NCBI GenBank assembly: GCA_000165425.1
Contig: CT868263.1
Span: forward strand, 372,001-436,000
Direction: 5' to 3'
Length of the DNA: 64,000 bases
Source of the DNA: Paramecium tetraurelia
Lineage: Eukaryota
How positions within the stretch are numbered: position 1 is the stretch's first letter; each line of letters opens with the position of its first letter. The notes beneath the pieces were generated by a model. That model was not told the DNA's origin. It saw nothing but the letters and a program-made list of their open reading frames with translations, and made no database searches. Shown one piece after another: positions 26,788 to 37,959 of this stretch. A program made the translations under genes and the position numbers.

Positions 26788-27575
26788 ATGAACTCTTAGT
26801 AATATCAATAAGAAATTTGGAATATGAGATTAGCTGTTAAAGTAAGTCTTCTAAATAGCAATATACCACCTTTGTACTTAATGATTTATAGATAACATTA
26901 TTTACTCTTCTACTACTAACAGATCTATGATGTACAAATATATGAATTAACCATTAGCATTTCAATTCCTACTCACCTTAAATTAATAAGATAAATCAAA
27001 TTACTTTTCAATATAAAAATACTATATTAACTTACTAAATACCTTTTGGAGTACTCATTGATTAATATAAAAGTGAGGATACATTCACTCCTATTGAATT
27101 AATATTAATCTATTAGAAATAAGCCCAATTTTTTACTTTAGAGGATGAAATCAAGAACCAAATCAAATTTAATCTCAAATGGGCATGCTTTGGCCGTTAT
27201 AACCATGAAGGTTATGGAGATCCAATTAAAAATTTAACTTAAAATGTTTCAATTAATGATGAAATATAAGCATTCAAACGAATCAAGTCATTTGAAGGTA
27301 AGGAAGACCTCTTTTAATATTATATGAAAATATTTGAAAAACCTAACACAGGAAAAATACAACTACCTATAAGAATTTATTTCAAAAAAGGAGGTCACTT
27401 TTAAACAATAATTGAAATAACAGATCAACAATAAACAATAGGATAAGCTCTAAATACCAAAATATAAGGGATTAATTTCATATTTAATGGATTACCTTTA
27501 AATACTAAAATTTCAGCTCAAGACTTCTATGATTACCTATATTCAATTGATGGTTTTTGTTATTTTGTGTGTTGA
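26788..27575 (+). CDS. ATG5: Autophagy protein ATG5
   Basis: EIWNMRLAV, PPLYLMIYRQHYL, LTYQIPFGVLID, FNLKWACFGRY (acceptor-Lys helix), LPIRIY, LYSIDGFCYFVC*; one intron. Confidence 0.8.
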
Positions 27576-28679
27576 TATATCATTGAATATTAATGCTTGA
27601 AAAATGTAAATGAAATTGAGATTTTTATATTAAAATATCATAATATTCATATTGATCAACATAGTTTCCTTTTGATTTCAAGAGTCATTTAATTTAGTCA
27701 CTGAGAATTTGAAAGAGTGTCATTAAACAATCCAAGTTTATTGTCAATTTGTTTATATATTTATAAGTTGCTATATGAATAAATTTAATGCATACCTAAT
27801 AATTAAATTATAAATCCATAATTTTGATTCTTCTTTGAAATTTATGGCTGATCCATTCAAAAGTAACATTTTGCCAATCAACTTAAGTAAAATGCTTATG
27901 AATTCTTGAATATCAGTTGATACTTTATCTAATAACTTAATAATTAGGCTAATTATGTTAAAAATTTCATAAATTTAAATTTATTAAATAATCATTCATT
28001 AATCTTATAAAATACATATATATGTTAGAAATTACTTGCATCTGCTAAAGCTATATAAATGTCTAATTATTAAATGAGGGATCATAAACTCTATAAAATT
28101 CTTTTTGATTTTTTTGGAAATCTTTTACAATTTCAATTCTGATCTCTTTGGATAACAGAAAAATACTTTTTGATTAATGAGTTTCACTGCAACTTTTCGA
28201 TTGTCATTTATAAATATTTATCAATTAATTATGGTTAAGTCTAAATTAAATCTTAAGTTTTTTCATCGCTCAATGTCACTGAAAGACATTCAAACTTTCT
28301 TTATTAAGTAATAATTTTCTATTTGTATCTTAGATGGCTAAAATAATTCTAATTTCTAATATTATGATATTTCTTATTAAATTACATATAATGTTAAGGA
28401 GATTTAGATTGAAAAAGAAATTGTTAATATTAGATATCTATTAAGTTGATTAATCATATCTGACACTGTTTTGAATGTTAAACTCCAATAAAATAAGAAG
28501 ATGTATACTATCAATAATGTTAAGTTACTGAAAAACGGGAACCACTATTTACAGTCATTATGAATTCCAAATCTCTGAGTTTAGGAGAACAGTTGATGTA
28601 TTATGATTTAGATGAGATTGATATCCTTGTTCTTAACAAATGTGTATATTATATTAATTATTATTCAAAATTATCTCGG

Positions 28680-29209
28680 TCACTTGGTGTTTTTTGGGCT
28701 GCACAATTTCAAAGTTAATTGTCTCTATTGACTAGAATAGTGAGAATGGTTAATACCTTTGCAACTGTCTTGATTTTAAGACTTGTCTCTTTGTCGTGTA
28801 GGATGTTCTACGAAGGAAATCATTTTATAACGGTTCTTCAGGCACTTTGTTGTACGACCGCAAATTTAATAGATAATTGAACTTTCTTTGATTCTGCAAC
28901 TGCCCACCTTCATTGCATCTGTGTTTTATAATAAATATCTACGTAATGTAAAAATCCCTTCCTGAACCATCATTGGGATAATGTTAGAATTTGGGGGTTA
29001 TACTAGGCAAACTGACTTGGACTTCCTTCTTTGCTAATCCTGCTCTTTCGTAAACTCCTTCAAAATGAGTTTGACTATCCTTTAATAGACCACCATTGGA
29101 ATATTGAACATAGTAGTCTCTGCCTTCATGTTAAATTGACTTGCATACCTGTGCCATTAGCATGGTACCTTGTAAAGTAACGAGGATCGACACATGATGC
29201 TGTAGTCAT
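28680..29209 (-). CDS. Small protein with two YxxxGxGRDxY(I/V)xxxxGG repeats
   Basis: RYHANGTGRDYYVQYSNGGL and HYPNDGSGRDFYITCNEGGQ; 3 tiny introns. Confidence 0.75.
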
Positions 29210-29228
29210 ATTAATATTATTATTAATT

Positions 29229-30904
29229 ATGGGATGCATTAGTGCCAAAGATGTCCAGTAATCCATCAACAAAAACATCTATAATAATATGAAACAAACG
29301 CATATCATAGCCTTTGATCAAGTAATTTGAGTGTTCATTTCGCAATAGCTGTTTTTGTTGCAATCCCAATGTCTAAGAGACCTCGATCTATTACAGAATA
29401 AGGTGATTTCTAGGCGGATCAATATGATCAACATCACGAAGGCTCATCTTCTCAACAACCCCAAATTGACTGACGCCTATAAGTTGTGGACTTGGGGGGT
29501 TTCGCTTTGCAACAAGGGAAATTCAAAAGGAATGAATGTACACTACAGTTTCAATAATCCTAACGAGTCCGTCGACAAGACTACTGCTTTCAATTACAAT
29601 CTGGGGTCCTGCAAAGAACTCAGGTTTCATTGGTTTGCTATCATCCTCAAGGAATATGTTGAATATGTATAAAATGCGAAATAATAATATCCAGAAGATC
29701 GTCTCAAGGCCAAAGACATTTATGAAAAATTAAAAACCATGAAGGAACAATCATCAATTTATTTAAACACTTTATCTCTAGCTGAGAGAACTGAGGCCTT
29801 TACCAACATAGAATATAACATGAGTAAAATCAACAAGGGGTTGTTCAATGCTGATTAGTTCTATAACAATTTAAAGGATTTAGACATAGAATTGGAAGCG
29901 TTGATCCAAAAGAGTTATCAATATGAAAGTGAAGCAGATCAATGGGGTAGAAAATTGTATCGTGATCTTGATGTGATTCCAATTGGCAACGATTCCTATA
30001 GAATGAGAGCCAAAATGAACAGTTTGGTGTTATTGTATCATCCAGGCAAAAAGAGAACCTAAGAAGAGGAGGATTACTATTACAACATCAAATTGGAAAG
30101 GTCGAAAATAAAGCCTAAGGTTTTGTTTAACGACGAGGATGACAAACAAAAGATATTTCTATTCAAAATAAGATGGACAGGGTGTTCTGAAGTGGATGAG
30201 AAATGGAGTGAAATTGCATTCATTTTAGAGAAACACAGTGAATAAATTAAGTCAATCAAGTAGATTAGAAACAAAATTAGATATGAATTATAAACCTATA
30301 AGTATGTGGATGACAATTTAATTGAGGCCTGGAAGATTTATTGTCTCTCCTTATTGACTGAGTTGAAGGATGTAAAGATTACATTAAACATAAGTGATTA
30401 GGAATCAGCAACTAAGATTCTTAAAAATTAATAAGTTTTGAATGAGAATTTGGAATTACAAACCAAATTGTTTAGTGAATACTTCTTCACAATTAGACCC
30501 TCGTAATAGAAGAAATTGAAAGAATATTGGAGGAAATTGGACTTTGACAAATAATGGATTCAGGGATCGTTCATGAAATCTGATCAATTCAAAATGATGC
30601 ATCACCAAAATCAATACAACATGATGACAAATCAGGCCAAGAACATCTATGAATTCACTACTTAGAATCCTTTGTATCAAGCCATCTATCAGAAGAGTGA
30701 GTTTATTATTAATATTTAGAATACTTGAAATTGGAGAAGGAGGCCGAAGATTTGTTCACCAAAGGGATAGCTATATTCGAGGAGATGGAGAGACTTTATG
30801 AGCAGTATAAGATAGACAAGGATGTAGACAAATTAATGAAACAAGAATTAAGGAGCAATGATGTTATTTTAAAGAAATAATCTAAACTTTCCAAATATAA
30901 TTGA
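29229..30904 (+). CDS. Putatively N-acylated (MGC) helical protein with internal domain duplication
   Basis: Starts MGCISAK; continuous ciliate-code frame with 2 introns; two similar helical units. Confidence 0.75.
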
Positions 30905-30957
30905 TAATTTATTATATATTTAGTACCTAATCAAAACATAGATAAAATTAAATTTGA

Positions 30958-31448
30958 TGGGGCAGACATGCAGTAAGAAACGTGAGGCCAATAAGTGCCA
31001 TTAGACTCAGCCATCAAAGGTGGTTCTTGGGGATTCACATCAAAATATACATACTAATCCAACTCTTTATCACCCTCAACAAGCGTTGAAGCAATTCAAA
31101 TAGCTTAGCATGCTATTGTCATTGGTAGGGAGTTTGGATCAATTAAAATAAAAGACCAGAGAACAGTTCAGATAGTTGTTCGCATAAAAAAACAATTGCT
31201 AAATAATCATTTAAAACACCATAAGAAGAGAATTAAGAATAAAAGGCTTAATTCGACCGCCTCAGCAAGATGACGAGGCTTTATTACTTCAGGACAAAAA
31301 GTTCAATAAATCGTTACAGACACAATTAATAATAGCAGCTGAAATCATTAGAACATTGTAATAAGATCAAGACTTTTAAGATATGTTCCCTACAATGTGT
31401 ATATCCTTTATGGAATTGGCAGACAGTATTCAATCCGACAATTAATGA
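30958..31448 (+). CDS. Hypothetical protein with MGxxCS acylation-type N-terminus
   Basis: MGQTCSKKREANKCHQ...MCISFMELADSIQSDNQ*. Confidence 0.6.
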
Positions 31449-31816
31449 TTTGTTACAAATTAAGTGATAAATGATTCACTACTTATTTTAAATATTTATA
31501 TTTTCAAATTTTGTTATACAGCTTTATATTCTAAATGTATAATTCAAATTAAATTCTGATATTCAAAAGAGAATACCCTCACATTTAAATCAGTTCCAAC
31601 TCCAAATTGCATTTAACCTCTCAAGTGTCTCTGTACAAAAATAATTACTATTTATGATGATACATAAGATTGACTAAGAATTAACCTCATAATATGTATC
31701 TTGTCATTTGATAGTTTATTTCCGAAGGTAGCAACTGATTGCTAAGCCTTTTTTATCTAAATTTGAATAAAATGTTATATCAAGTAGAAAAATCATTATA
31801 AATTATAAATGTAAGT

Positions 31817-31927
31817 TCATTAATGAACGTGATGCCGAAGAATTGCATTGGGTTTATTAATTTGATATTTGGTTCTTCTACTGTGTTTCTGTGAGAGTGT
31901 CGATGTTGTAGTGTGATAAGATTTCAT
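31817..31927 (-). CDS. Possible 36-aa microprotein
   Basis: MKSYHTTTSTLSQKHSRRTKYQINKPNAILRHHVHQ*; less AT-rich than its flanks. Confidence 0.3.
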
Positions 31928-31976
31928 TTTAGATTTAAGAATGCGATTATATGGAATAAATTTATATAATTTAAGA

Positions 31977-34900
31977 ATGGAACGTAAACTCTACTTCGGG
32001 ACTACACAACAATTGTAAAATAAGCAATACTAATATCCAACTAATTTTATACGGACAAGCAGGTATTCATTAATTCATATTTGAGGTACAATATGATAAC
32101 CTTCCTACCATATTCCTTAGCATTGCAATTCTAAAGGATGGCAAACATCTATTTTCTTATTATTGCTATCTTGTCTTTTTTTAAATCCATTTCCCCATTT
32201 AGCCCTATAAATTCTATTGCACCTTTGCTCTTTGTGGTGTCCTTGTCCATGTTAAGAGATGGATATGAAGATTATCAAAAACATCTTAGTGACAATGAAT
32301 TGAATTCATCTCCCACTACCATTTGGACTAGTGGGGGTTTTGTGAAGAAAACATGGAAAGATGTACTCATGGGAGATATAATAAAAATTGATGAATTGGA
32401 AATAATCTCTGCTGACATAGTGGTGTTATAAACCTCTTAAGACGGGATCTGTTTTATCGAAACCTCCTCTTTGGATGGGGAGAAGAATTTGAAACCGAAA
32501 CAAGCAGTCAAAGAGACCTAAACTATGGAATGCAGAGAAGGAGTTATTGAATGTATAAATCCGAATGCTTTGCTTTACAATTTCGATGGAACACTCTTTT
32601 TGGAGAGCAAGAAAATTCAATTAACACATAAGAACTTTTTATTGAGAGGATCAAAATTGAAAAATGTTAAATGGGCCATAGGAGTTGTGGTTTATACTGG
32701 AATAGACACAAAAGTAATGAGGAATTCCGAGAAGCAGAAAAACAAAATGAGCAACATAGACAGATTGATTAATGTCAGAATTATTTATATCTTGATTATG
32801 CAGACATTTTCTTGCCTAATTTTAGCAATTATCTATGGAATTAATTGCGACATTCATAACATAAATTTTGATTACTTTAGTAGAAGCTTTGCTGGCTATA
32901 CATCTTATAATGGAGATGATGATATCTATGATCCAGACATCCCTAATTGTGCTTTGGCTTCATTGATGACCTTTGCAGCCTATTTCCTACTTTTAAACAC
33001 TCTTATACCAATAAGTCTAATAGTATCTTTGGAATTTGTAAAAGTAGGTTAGGGAATATTTATGTAAAAGGATAGGGAAATGTACACTGCTGAAAATGAT
33101 AAGTATGTCAAAGTGTTTAGTACGACTATTAACGAGGAATTGGGGTAGGTTCAATATGTATTTTCAGATAAAACAGGTACTTTAACTTGTAACAAAATGG
33201 AATTCAAATTATCTGTCTGTGGAAATGAAACTTATGGAGATGTATCCATGTTTGATAAGCATGAAATGAGCACTTTTGTAGGTAATTAGATCATAAGAAG
33301 ACAGAGCACTTTGCATTCTAGAAGATCCACAGTTGTTAATGAAAAAGCTGGCATTGAATATACATTCTCTGGTGCAGTCATTTAATCGATCATTACTGAA
33401 ACTGATCCTATGAAGAATCCTAATATAGGTCTTAATGTGGATACCTATTTGATCAGAAATCAAGGAGATTTAGTCAAGGAAAACCTTATGTTGCTAGCCA
33501 CTTGTCATGAGTGTGTTCTTGAATTTTAAGATGATGGCACATTTAATTATCAAGGACCATCTCCAGATGAAATAGCATTAGTGGATGCTGCTAGAAGGTT
33601 AAACATAGTCTATAGAGGGATTACAATGGGTATGATGGAAGTAGATGTGCTTGGGGTTAAGGAAAAGGTTGAACTTCTGTTTTCCTTTGAATTTAATAGT
33701 GATAGAAAGAGAATGTCTGTAATCATTAAGCACAAGGGTGTGATTAAACTATATACTAAAGGCGCTGATGCAATTATCAAATAAAGATTGGGTCCGAATC
33801 AACCATTTCTAGCTGGGATTGATAAAAAATTGGATATGTTCTCAAGGAAGGGATTGAGAACTCTATGCTTAGCTATGAGAGTTCTTGATGAGAAATAATT
33901 CAATGAATTTTCATAAGCTATGAATGATACTCTCGGTGGGAATGACGCTGAAAAATAGTAAACTGAATTAATTAATAAAATTGAACAGAATCTTACACTC
34001 ATTGGAGCTACGGCTGTTGAGGATAAATTATAAGACGATGTTCCAGAAACATTAGCAGATTTTCTTAAAGCAAATATTAATGTGTGGATGTTGACTGGAG
34101 ATAAGTTGGAAACAGCTGAAAATATTGGCAGATCCTGTAATTTGCTATAAGAGTAAATGGATGTTTTCTTTTTAACTCCTGGTTGTGATATCCTATAAAT
34201 ATTTAATAGAATCGCAGATCATGTTATATAGAAACCTACTACTAAAAGAGCTATGATTATAGAAGGTATTGTATTGGCTGTTCTGAGTGAAAATGAAAAT
34301 CTAACTAAATATTTAGTTTTGTTAGCTCCTCATCTTCATACAGTTATTTGTTGTAGGGTAACTCCAAAACAAAAAGCAGATATGGTTAGATTAGTTAAGA
34401 ATGAATTAGGAAAGATTACTCTGGCAGTTGGAGATGGTGCTAATGATGTTAATATGATTTAGGAGGCACATATTGGTATTGGGATTTATGGTCAAGAAGG
34501 TATGAGAGCTGTTTAAGCTAGTAATTATGCTATTGGTGAATTTAAATGTCTTTGGAAATTAGTGTTATTTCATGGAAGATAGAACTACATTCGTATTTCT
34601 GAAATGATTTTATACTTCTTTTACAAAAATATCATATTCACTGTCCCTCAATTCTATTTTGCCTTCTTTTGTGGATTAACTGGAACCAGTGTGTTTGATG
34701 AATTGTATTATTTCTTATCATTTAACCTAGCTTTGTCTCATTTTACAACACAGTGTTTACATTCCTACCTGTGGTCATAAGAGCCATTTTTGATGAAGAT
34801 GTTTTCTATACACAATAAAGAAAGGAAACATTATTAGGCAGCAAAAGAATTACATAAGGAGTAGAGGAGAATGACATACTCAAATAAAGTTATCCATTGC

Positions 34901-35605
34901 TTTATTACATTGGACAAAAAAACACTATATTTACAAACGAAAAGTAATTAATGGGTTTATTATATATAGATTTTTTAAATGGTTTTCAATTGGAATTTTC
35001 TAAGGATTGGCATGCTTCTTTTCGTTTTACCTAGAATTAAATGATACTACTTTCATTAAACAATCTGGATATAACAATGATTTATGGTTCTTTAGTATGT
35101 CAATGTCTACTGCCATCATGATAGTAATCAATTAATTAATTATTAGCTAGTCACATTAAAACTAGCTTTGAATACTCAATTTTGGACAATCATAACATGG
35201 ATTGCCTATTTAGGAACCAGTCTAGGTACTTACTTTGCTTATATGTGGATATCCAACATTATACCTTCAGCTGCCATCTTTGGAACTACTTAGATGCTAT
35301 TTTCAAGCTATGCGTTTTATCTTAGTCTGGCATTATCTGTATTATCAATGTTTATTCTTGATTTATTGATGTTCACTATCAAGACATCAAAGGACACTTT
35401 ACTTAACTATATGAAAAGATAAGCTAGATAAAATTAACAATTAGATATCGCTAAAATATCCAAGTTAGAGAAAAAACTATAAGAACAAATTTCAGAAATG
35501 GAAATGCCTGGATTTGAATTGTTTCAAAAAAGAAGTTTGGTTGATTCTAGTTTCTCATTAAGTGATAATACTTCAAAAGATGGAGATAGAAAGGATAATT
35601 AATGA
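31977..35605 (+). CDS. P4-type ATPase (phospholipid flippase)
   Basis: [89 protein letters not shown]. Confidence 0.97.
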
Positions 35606-35742
35606 ATTCATTTAAAGTTTATTATATTTTAATTCAATAAATTATATCTTGAAATCGTTTTATATGTTATCTTCTAGACACCTGAACTATTTATGATAAA
35701 AATTTAAATTCATCAATTATAATTAAAATAAACCAAACAGAA

Positions 35743-35937
35743 ATGGGAATATGTAAATCAAAATCAAGTGGTTCAATAGAATCCCAATTACAAGGGTCCT
35801 TTGCATAAATTCTACATTAAGGACAAGAGAAAACTAAGATTGAAACTTTGATTAGAGAGAAAACACAATCTCAAGATTTATTCAATCCGTACCGAAACCC
35901 GATTCTTAACCGAAGGCTTAGACAGGCTCTAATTTGA
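35743..35937 (+). CDS. 64-aa putatively myristoylated/palmitoylated microprotein
   Basis: MGICKSKSSGSIESQLQGSFAQ...DLFNPYRNPILNRRLRQALI*. Confidence 0.65.
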
Positions 35938-36751
35938 TTGATTTTATTTATACAATGTTTATTGTTTACTTTTTGACAAGTTTGATAAAGTTTGCTCTTT
36001 ATGGAGATAATATTCATATTTTCGAGCTTTCATGTCGTATTATATTTATTTAGTATCTTCCGCATTTAATTAATTGGGAAAATAAGGGATCTCAAAATTA
36101 TATTAATCAAAGGTGTGGAGTACTAACTTTAAGAAATACTTATTATGGACATTTCACTAGTATTTCAAGCAATTTTGAGAGAAGAATAAAATTAATGTAA
36201 ATCTATAAAATTATTCAATAATCAAAAGATTATTAGATGGCTCTTCCATTCTAATTGAGAATTCTTTAACTTCTTCAATGATTGAAGTGTTCAATAAAAA
36301 GAACTTAACCATTTGTTTTTTTATTTAAATTAATTATATTACAGTATATTATCTACTGTTTTTGTTTCAAACTATATTATTTATTAAATATCTTGTTTCT
36401 CCTAAGTACTTCGTCTTATTGATCTTCGATTTTGCTTAATTTTCTTTGTCTTAAACAGTTTTCTATAGATTTTAGAATAATATATAATATATTTCAGATA
36501 CATCAAATTATTATAATATAAAAACTCCATTATAGGCAGCTATTTTTTATTCTTAAATTGAATTCGTCTCGAAGTATTTTGGTTGAGTATAAAGTCACTC
36601 CTTGTTGGGATTTTTGAATTGACAATTGATGAATTCTGGAATTCTTAAGAAATTCATTTCACAATTTTTCATTTTAACAATTAATAATTGAAATCAATGA
36701 TTGTGTTTTTAAATAAATAAATAAAAAGAAATAAAAATCAAATATTCAAGG

Positions 36752-37500
36752 ATGAGCTTGAGAAGGTTTCGAAGTGGAGGTATGCATGCAAATTCAGAAG
36801 AAGATTACTTAAGTGTATGATTTTTAGGAATTTCTTTTAGAAAATTGCCAAGGTGGAAAAAAAATAAAAGCAATTAAGCAATTGCTAAGTAGACGAATAC
36901 TTTGAGGATTTCATTGTAAATTCGTCATTTAGTTTTGATTGCATCCAGCAGCCTCAACTACCATAGATCACTTAAAAATCTCATTTCATTTTAATTATGA
37001 TTGACGACCTATAATTAAGTCCAAGAAGACTTTAAAATATGATAGAATACAGTAAATTTATGTTTAGAATATTTGTAGCAGACAACTGTGACACAATAAC
37101 CCAAAGTACAAATGACGACTCCTCAACATGGAGTCCTTAAATTATGAACTATGATTGCATAGTTCATACTTATACATAGGATTATGTGAATCACCTTTTT
37201 AACATATGGATAATAAATACTCCCATTATCAATTCAACATTTAAAGGTATATTAATAATCAATATTAGATTGCTATTTCCAGTTATTTGAAGCATTTATT
37301 TGTGTCAATAACGTTAGGAGTCTTGAATTTAAGGAATTATTTGAAAAAATTAAAGAGTTAAATAGCAAAGTTCAACAATTCCATCTGAAGGAATACGATG
37401 ATGTAAGCATTTTTGTTATTGTTAGGCTTCTCCAGAGAGAAAACAAATCAGTAATATTTAATAGATTTTAAAAACCTTGATCGACACAAGGACTTAATGA
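36752..37500 (+). CDS. Hypothetical protein, degenerate Ras/Rab-like fold
   Basis: Four tiny introns keep the frame open. HFILIMIDD, YDCIVHTYTQDYVNHLFNIWIINT and DCYFQLFEAFICVNNV echo Rab strands; no G-box motifs. Confidence 0.55.
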
Positions 37501-37609
37501 TGAAAGCAAGTTAAAATGATCTTTGTTTATTGTTTATGTTTCTATTTTACAACTGTTTATATATAAAATATACTATCAAATAATAAATTAATTATTTTAA
37601 TAAACTAAA

Positions 37610-37928
37610 ATGGCAGATCAATCATAGGCAGAATATTTGAACTTAAAAGTGAAATCCTAAGATGGTGAAGAGGTTTTCTTTAAAATCAAAAAATAAACTC
37701 AATTTAAGAAGTTGATGGATGCCTATTGTTCTAGGCAAAATGTATTATGAAGTGATTAATTTAGCTCCAAATCTAAAATGTTAGATTTTTATTTGATGGA
37801 GAAAGAATTTTGGAGACCTAAACACCAGCAGATGTATAATGTATTCCGTTATCTATTAGATTGGAATGGAAACTGGAGATGAGATTGATGTTGTAATTGA
37901 ATAAGTTGGTGGATATAAAATAATGTGA
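37610..37928 (+). CDS. SUMO: SUMO precursor
   Basis: [43 protein letters not shown]...VRFLFDGERI...EIDVVIEQVGG|YKIM*; 2 introns. Confidence 0.97.
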
Positions 37929-37959
37929 AATTATCATTATATTTTATAATATATAATTT

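Noticed and set aside
27600..28660. Minus-strand KVAVKLI and IKIMD kinase-like fragments
   Set aside because: Isolated motifs with no continuous frame.
31815..31828. 14-bp palindrome gttcattaatgaac
   Set aside because: Single, mostly A/T and plausible by chance at this composition.
35950..36670. Minus-strand partial ORF; similar broken frames at 43780-44130, 54700-55250 and 55580-56090
   Set aside because: No consistent start/stop/intron model could be built.
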